This document shows, piece after piece, positions 62,495 to 64,000 of a DNA stretch of 64,000 nt. This DNA is from an uncultured Alphaproteobacteria bacterium (GTDB lineage: Bacteria > Pseudomonadota > Alphaproteobacteria > Rhizobiales > Rhodomicrobiaceae), in assembly GCA_963757195.1 (NCBI GenBank), contig CAVWQG010000004.1, positions 502,044 to 566,043 on the forward strand. The letters are read 5' to 3'. The notes under the pieces were generated by a model. The model was not told where the DNA came from, made no database searches, and worked only from the letters and a program-made list of their open reading frames with translations. A program made the translations under genes and the position numbers. The stretch's first letter is position 1. Every line of letters begins with the position of its first letter.

Positions 62495-64000
62495 GTGGCT
62501 GACAACGGGTCGAGATACTGGCCGGGATTATCCGGCGAAATGGCTGGGCGCATCCGCGCACATGATTGGGCGTCGACGCCGCTGGGTCCGATCGAGGGCT
62601 GGCCGCAGAGCCTGAAGAGCATTGTCGACCTCATGCTCTGCGCGAGGCATCCCGCTTCCATCGCTTTCGGCCCTGCCCTCACATCGCTCTATAATGACGC
62701 CTACATCGCCATACTTGGAACAGGGCGCCCGAAATCCCTCGGGCAACCCTATTCGGAGGTGTGGCCTGAGCTTTGGCCCAAATTTAAGCCGATGATCGAG
62801 GCGACACTGGCTGGCGAGGCGCAGCATATCGCCGACCACCCGGTTTTTGCGGCCGGCTGCGCTGGCCGTCCCACGAGTTGGTTCACCTGCTCATGGACGC
62901 CGCTTCGCGATGAGGCCGGCGCGGTGAAGGGTTTCTACTGTTCCGCGGCCGAAACGACGGCCCAGGTCCTTGCTCAGAGGGCGCTGCGGGACAGCGAGGA
63001 GCGGCTTCGTTTCTCGCTGAGAGGTGCTGGCGCGGCGGCATGGCAGTGGGATTTCCTGACAAGGGAAATGGGCTGGTCGCCGGAGAGCTACGAGTTGCAC
63101 GGACGCGACCCTCGGTTTGGCAAGCCCAGCTACGAAGATTGGTTTCATTGCCTGCACCCTGATGATCGTCCCCGGGTCGAGAAAGTGGTCTTCGACGCCA
63201 TCCAGAAAAGATCGCCGGAGTACAGGACGGAATATCGAGTCGTGTTTCCCTCCGGCGACGTACGCTGGCTCGATGCGCTCGGGAATGTGGATTACGCCGC
63301 AGATGGCTCCCCGTTGCGCATGTCGGGCATCAACCTCGACATCACGGCGCGCAAGCGGGCCGAGGAAGCGCTGCGTGAGAGCGAGGAGCGGCTTCGTTTC
63401 TGCATGAAGGGGGCAGGCGCCGCCGCATGGCAGAGCGAAATCTCTACCAGGCAAATAATCTGGTCCGAAGTGTGCTGCGAGTTGCACGGGCGCGATCCCA
63501 GGCTCGGATCGCCACTGTATGACGACTGGTATCGATGCATACATCCAGAGGATCGTGATCGAGTTCGAGAAGACGAACCTCGATGCGCTTTTGAAGGGGG
63601 CGCCCGAAATCGGGATGCACTATCGCGTACTCCTCCCCACGGGCGAAATTCGCTGGCTCGAAGCGCTGGGCAAAGTGGAATACGCCGCTGACGGCAGGCC
63701 GTTGCGGATGTCTGGCATCACCCTGAACATCACCGAGCGTAAGCGGGCGGAAGAGTCCCAAAGACAAGAGCACCGCGAATTGGAAACGATTCTGGCCGCG
63801 ATCCCCGCTGCGGTTATGATCACGAAGGATGCCAGCTGCACTGAGATGACCGGCAATCCGGCAGCCTACGACCTTTTGGAACGTCCAGCGGGGGCTAATC
63901 TTTCGAAGTCGGCTCCCTATGGACAGGCCCCTCACAACTTTGAAATATTTCAAAGAGGATGCCGCTTGGCGCCCGCGGATTTGCCAATTCGGAAAGCCTC
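62495..64000 (+). CDS. multi-PAS sensor protein (probable kinase), runs off window end; one +1 base (probable artefact)
   Basis: GEMAGRIRAHDWASTPLGP N-terminal PAS-like domain; two PAS-PAC modules with 387-bp period (62993, 63380); frame restored to DRVEKTNLDALLK if one T of GAGTTC (63561-63566) is removed. Confidence 0.85.

Overview
GC-rich chromosome segment of an anoxygenic phototrophic alphaproteobacterium (Hyphomicrobiales; Rhodomicrobium-like by inference). Core genes: zinc-ribbon/DUF3426 (ZitP-like) gene divergent from ftsEX, rplS, dksA, tam, rsmD, rluB-type pseudouridine synthase, dnaE, lolDE, proS, ccrM, acnA, ccmABCDG, a MlaEFD/PqiC-type lipid transporter and xfp. There are also two LH2 pucBA operons with PpsR boxes upstream of pucC. 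Accessory parts: a broken IS5 fused to a DUF2786 remnant, an AT-rich islet between proS and ccrM, and several families of palindromic intergenic repeats. Main observations: (1) all six +1 frameshifts found in chromosomal genes fall inside a GANTC (CcrM) site, so they are probably methylation-induced basecalling errors, not pseudogenes; (2) two intergenic regions about 24 kb apart share colinear blocks, including an exact 22-mer and CtrA-like boxes, one upstream of ccrM and one facing no annotated gene; (3) the islet pairs a nucleotidyltransferase with a Cys-His-Asp transglutaminase-like enzyme; (4) L19 carries an extra HhH-like domain; (5) both LH2 alpha chains have an Asp in the register of the usual B800-ligating carboxy-Met1; (6) several small genes are missed by the ORF track. 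No rRNA, tRNA or CRISPR array could be supported.
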